DNA from: an uncultured Alphaproteobacteria bacterium
GTDB lineage: Bacteria > Pseudomonadota > Alphaproteobacteria > Rhizobiales > Xanthobacteraceae
Reading direction: 5' to 3'
Assembly: GCA_963738105.1 (NCBI GenBank)
Contig: CAVTWC010000028.1
Coordinates: 971-64,970 of the forward strand
DNA length: 64,000 nt
Below, one piece after another: positions 62,721 through 64,000 of this stretch. Positions within the stretch are counted from its first letter, which is position 1. Each line of letters begins with the position of its first letter. Made by a program: the position numbers and the translations under genes. The notes beneath the pieces were generated by a model. That model ran no database searches. It worked only from the letters and a program-made list of their open reading frames with translations, and had not been told where the DNA came from.

Positions 62721-64000
62721 ATGAATCCCGTCAAAGCACTCGAAAGCCACGGCCAGGCGGTCTGGCTGGATTTCCTCGCCCGCGGCTTCATCGCCAAGGG
62801 CGACCTGAAAAAGCTGATCGACACCGACGGCGTCAAAGGCGTCACGTCGAACCCATCGATCTTCGAGAAGGCGATCGGCAGCTCGGACGAATATGACGCG
62901 CCGATCGGCCAGGCGCTGAAAAAGGGCGACCGGCCGGTGTCCGAATTGTTCGAACATCTCGCGGTCGAGGATATCCAGCATGCCGCCGATGTGCTGCGCC
63001 CGGTCTATGATCACCTCGCGGGCCATGACGGTTTCGTCAGCCTGGAAGTGTCGCCCTATCTCGCGATGGATACCAAAGGCACCATTGTCGAGGCCGAGCG
63101 GCTCTGGAAGGAAGTCGATCGCAGGAATCTGATGGTCAAGGTGCCCGCGACCGCGCCGGGCCTGCCGGCGATCCAGCATCTGATCGGCGAAGGCATCAGC
63201 ATCAACATCACACTGCTGTTTTCGCAGAAGGTCTATGTGCAGGTGGCCGAGGCCTATCTTGCCGGGCTCGAAAAATACGTCGCCAAGGGCGGCGATCCCT
63301 CTCATATCGCAAGTGTCGCCAGCTTCTTCGTCAGCCGCATCGATAGCGCGGTCGACAAGCAGCTCGACGAGAAGATCGCCAAGGCCAACGACCCGACCGA
63401 GAAGGAACGGCTGGCCGCGCTGAAAGGCAAGGTCGCGATCGCCAACGCCAAACTCGCTTATGTGGAATACAAGCGGCTGTTTTCGGGCGCGCGCTGGGAC
63501 AAGCTGGCCGCCAAAGGAGCAAAACCGCAGCGGCTGTTGTGGGCTTCGACCGGCACCAAGAACAAGGACTACAGCGATGTGCTCTATGTCGAGGAATTGA
63601 TCGGCCCCAACACGGTCAACACCGTTCCGCCCGCGACGCTCGACGCCTTCCGCGATCACGGCAAGTTGCGCAACAGCCTCGAAGAGAATGTCGAGGACGC
63701 CCGGCACGTGCTCGCCGAACTCGAGAAGTCCGGCATCTCGCTCGATGCGATCACCGCCGAACTGGTCAAGGATGGCGTCAAGCAATTTGCCGACGCCGCC
63801 GACAAGCTCTACGGCGCGGTCGCGCACAAGCGCGTTACCGTGCTGGGCGGGAGCATCGACCGGCAGGCCTTCGCGCTCGGCGGCAGCTTGAGCAAAGCGG
63901 TCGAGAAAAGCACCGAGGATTGGCGTGCCTCGGCCAAGATACGCGCGCTCTGGCACCACGACAAATCGGTCTGGACCGGCGACGACGAGAACAAATGGCT
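62721..64000 (+). CDS. tal: Transaldolase (probably bifunctional transaldolase/glucose-6-phosphate isomerase), 5' part; runs off the window end
   Basis: ATG 62721, open to the window end (426 codons), so absent from the ORF track. The sequence is MNPVKALESHGQAVWLDFLARGFI...GVTSNPSIFEKAI...VSLEVSP...MVKVPAT. The track ORF 62613..63959 on the opposite strand is its shadow. Confidence 0.85.
   Translation, partial: MNPVKALESHGQAVWLDFLARGFIAKGDLKKLIDTDGVKGVTSNPSIFEKAIGSSDEYDAPIGQALKKGDRPVSELFEHLAVEDIQHAADVLRPVYDHLAGHDGFVSLEVSPYLAMDTKGTIVEAERLWKEVDRRNLMVKVPATAPGLPAIQHLIGEGISINITLLFSQKVYVQVAEAYLAGLEKYVAKGGDPSHIASVASFFVSRIDSAVDKQLDEKIAKANDPTEKERLAALKGKVAIANAKLAYVEYKRLFSGARWDKLAAKGAKPQRLLWASTGTKNKDYSDVLYVEELIGPNTVNTVPPATLDAFRDHGKLRNSLEENVEDARHVLAELEKSGISLDAITAELVKDGVKQFADAADKLYGAVAHKRVTVLGGSIDRQAFALGGSLSKAVEKSTEDWRASAKIRALWHHDKSVWTGDDENKW

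Overview
This is a high-GC (roughly 64%) alphaproteobacterial chromosome segment. Gene content and the intergenic palindromic repeat families suggest Bradyrhizobium/Nitrobacteraceae, but that is inference only. Most of the window is metabolic and transport genes: a MoxR ATPase, flavin and GMC oxidoreductases, GSTs, enolase-superfamily enzymes, four periplasmic binding proteins, AraC and MocR regulators, malonyl-CoA decarboxylase, PHB depolymerase, and a transaldolase at the right edge.

Five things stand out.
1) A complete, translationally coupled 8-gene Nit1C / Sll0783-Sll0787 / MSMEG_0565-0572 'nitrogen starvation' cluster lies on the minus strand (23259..30155). It has a textbook sigma-54 promoter and a divergent MocR regulator. 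This is a conserved pathway whose chemistry is still unknown.
2) A ~4.85 kb tandem segmental duplication (35598..40448 and 40449..45334) is slightly diverged, and the two copies have decayed differently.
3) A pqqABCDE operon has a prolyl aminopeptidase gene overlapping pqqE. A 4 x 18-bp tandem repeat sits between pqqA and pqqB. The operon is next to a PQQ-dependent sugar dehydrogenase and a dihaem cytochrome c.
4) A degraded accessory patch (about 8.0-13.6 kb) holds a truncated IS110 transposase, histidine-kinase/response-regulator remnants, a multiply frameshifted tail-collar repeat gene, and an intact IS630-family element with TA target duplication.
5) An extraordinary G-only tract (85 nt, then 22 nt, then G-rich noise; 57416..57610) lies after korB. 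It is most likely a sequencing/assembly artefact.

At least 11 single-nucleotide frame disruptions occur in otherwise well-conserved genes. Every 'pseudogene' call below could therefore be either real decay or assembly indel error. No rRNA, tRNA or CRISPR array was found.
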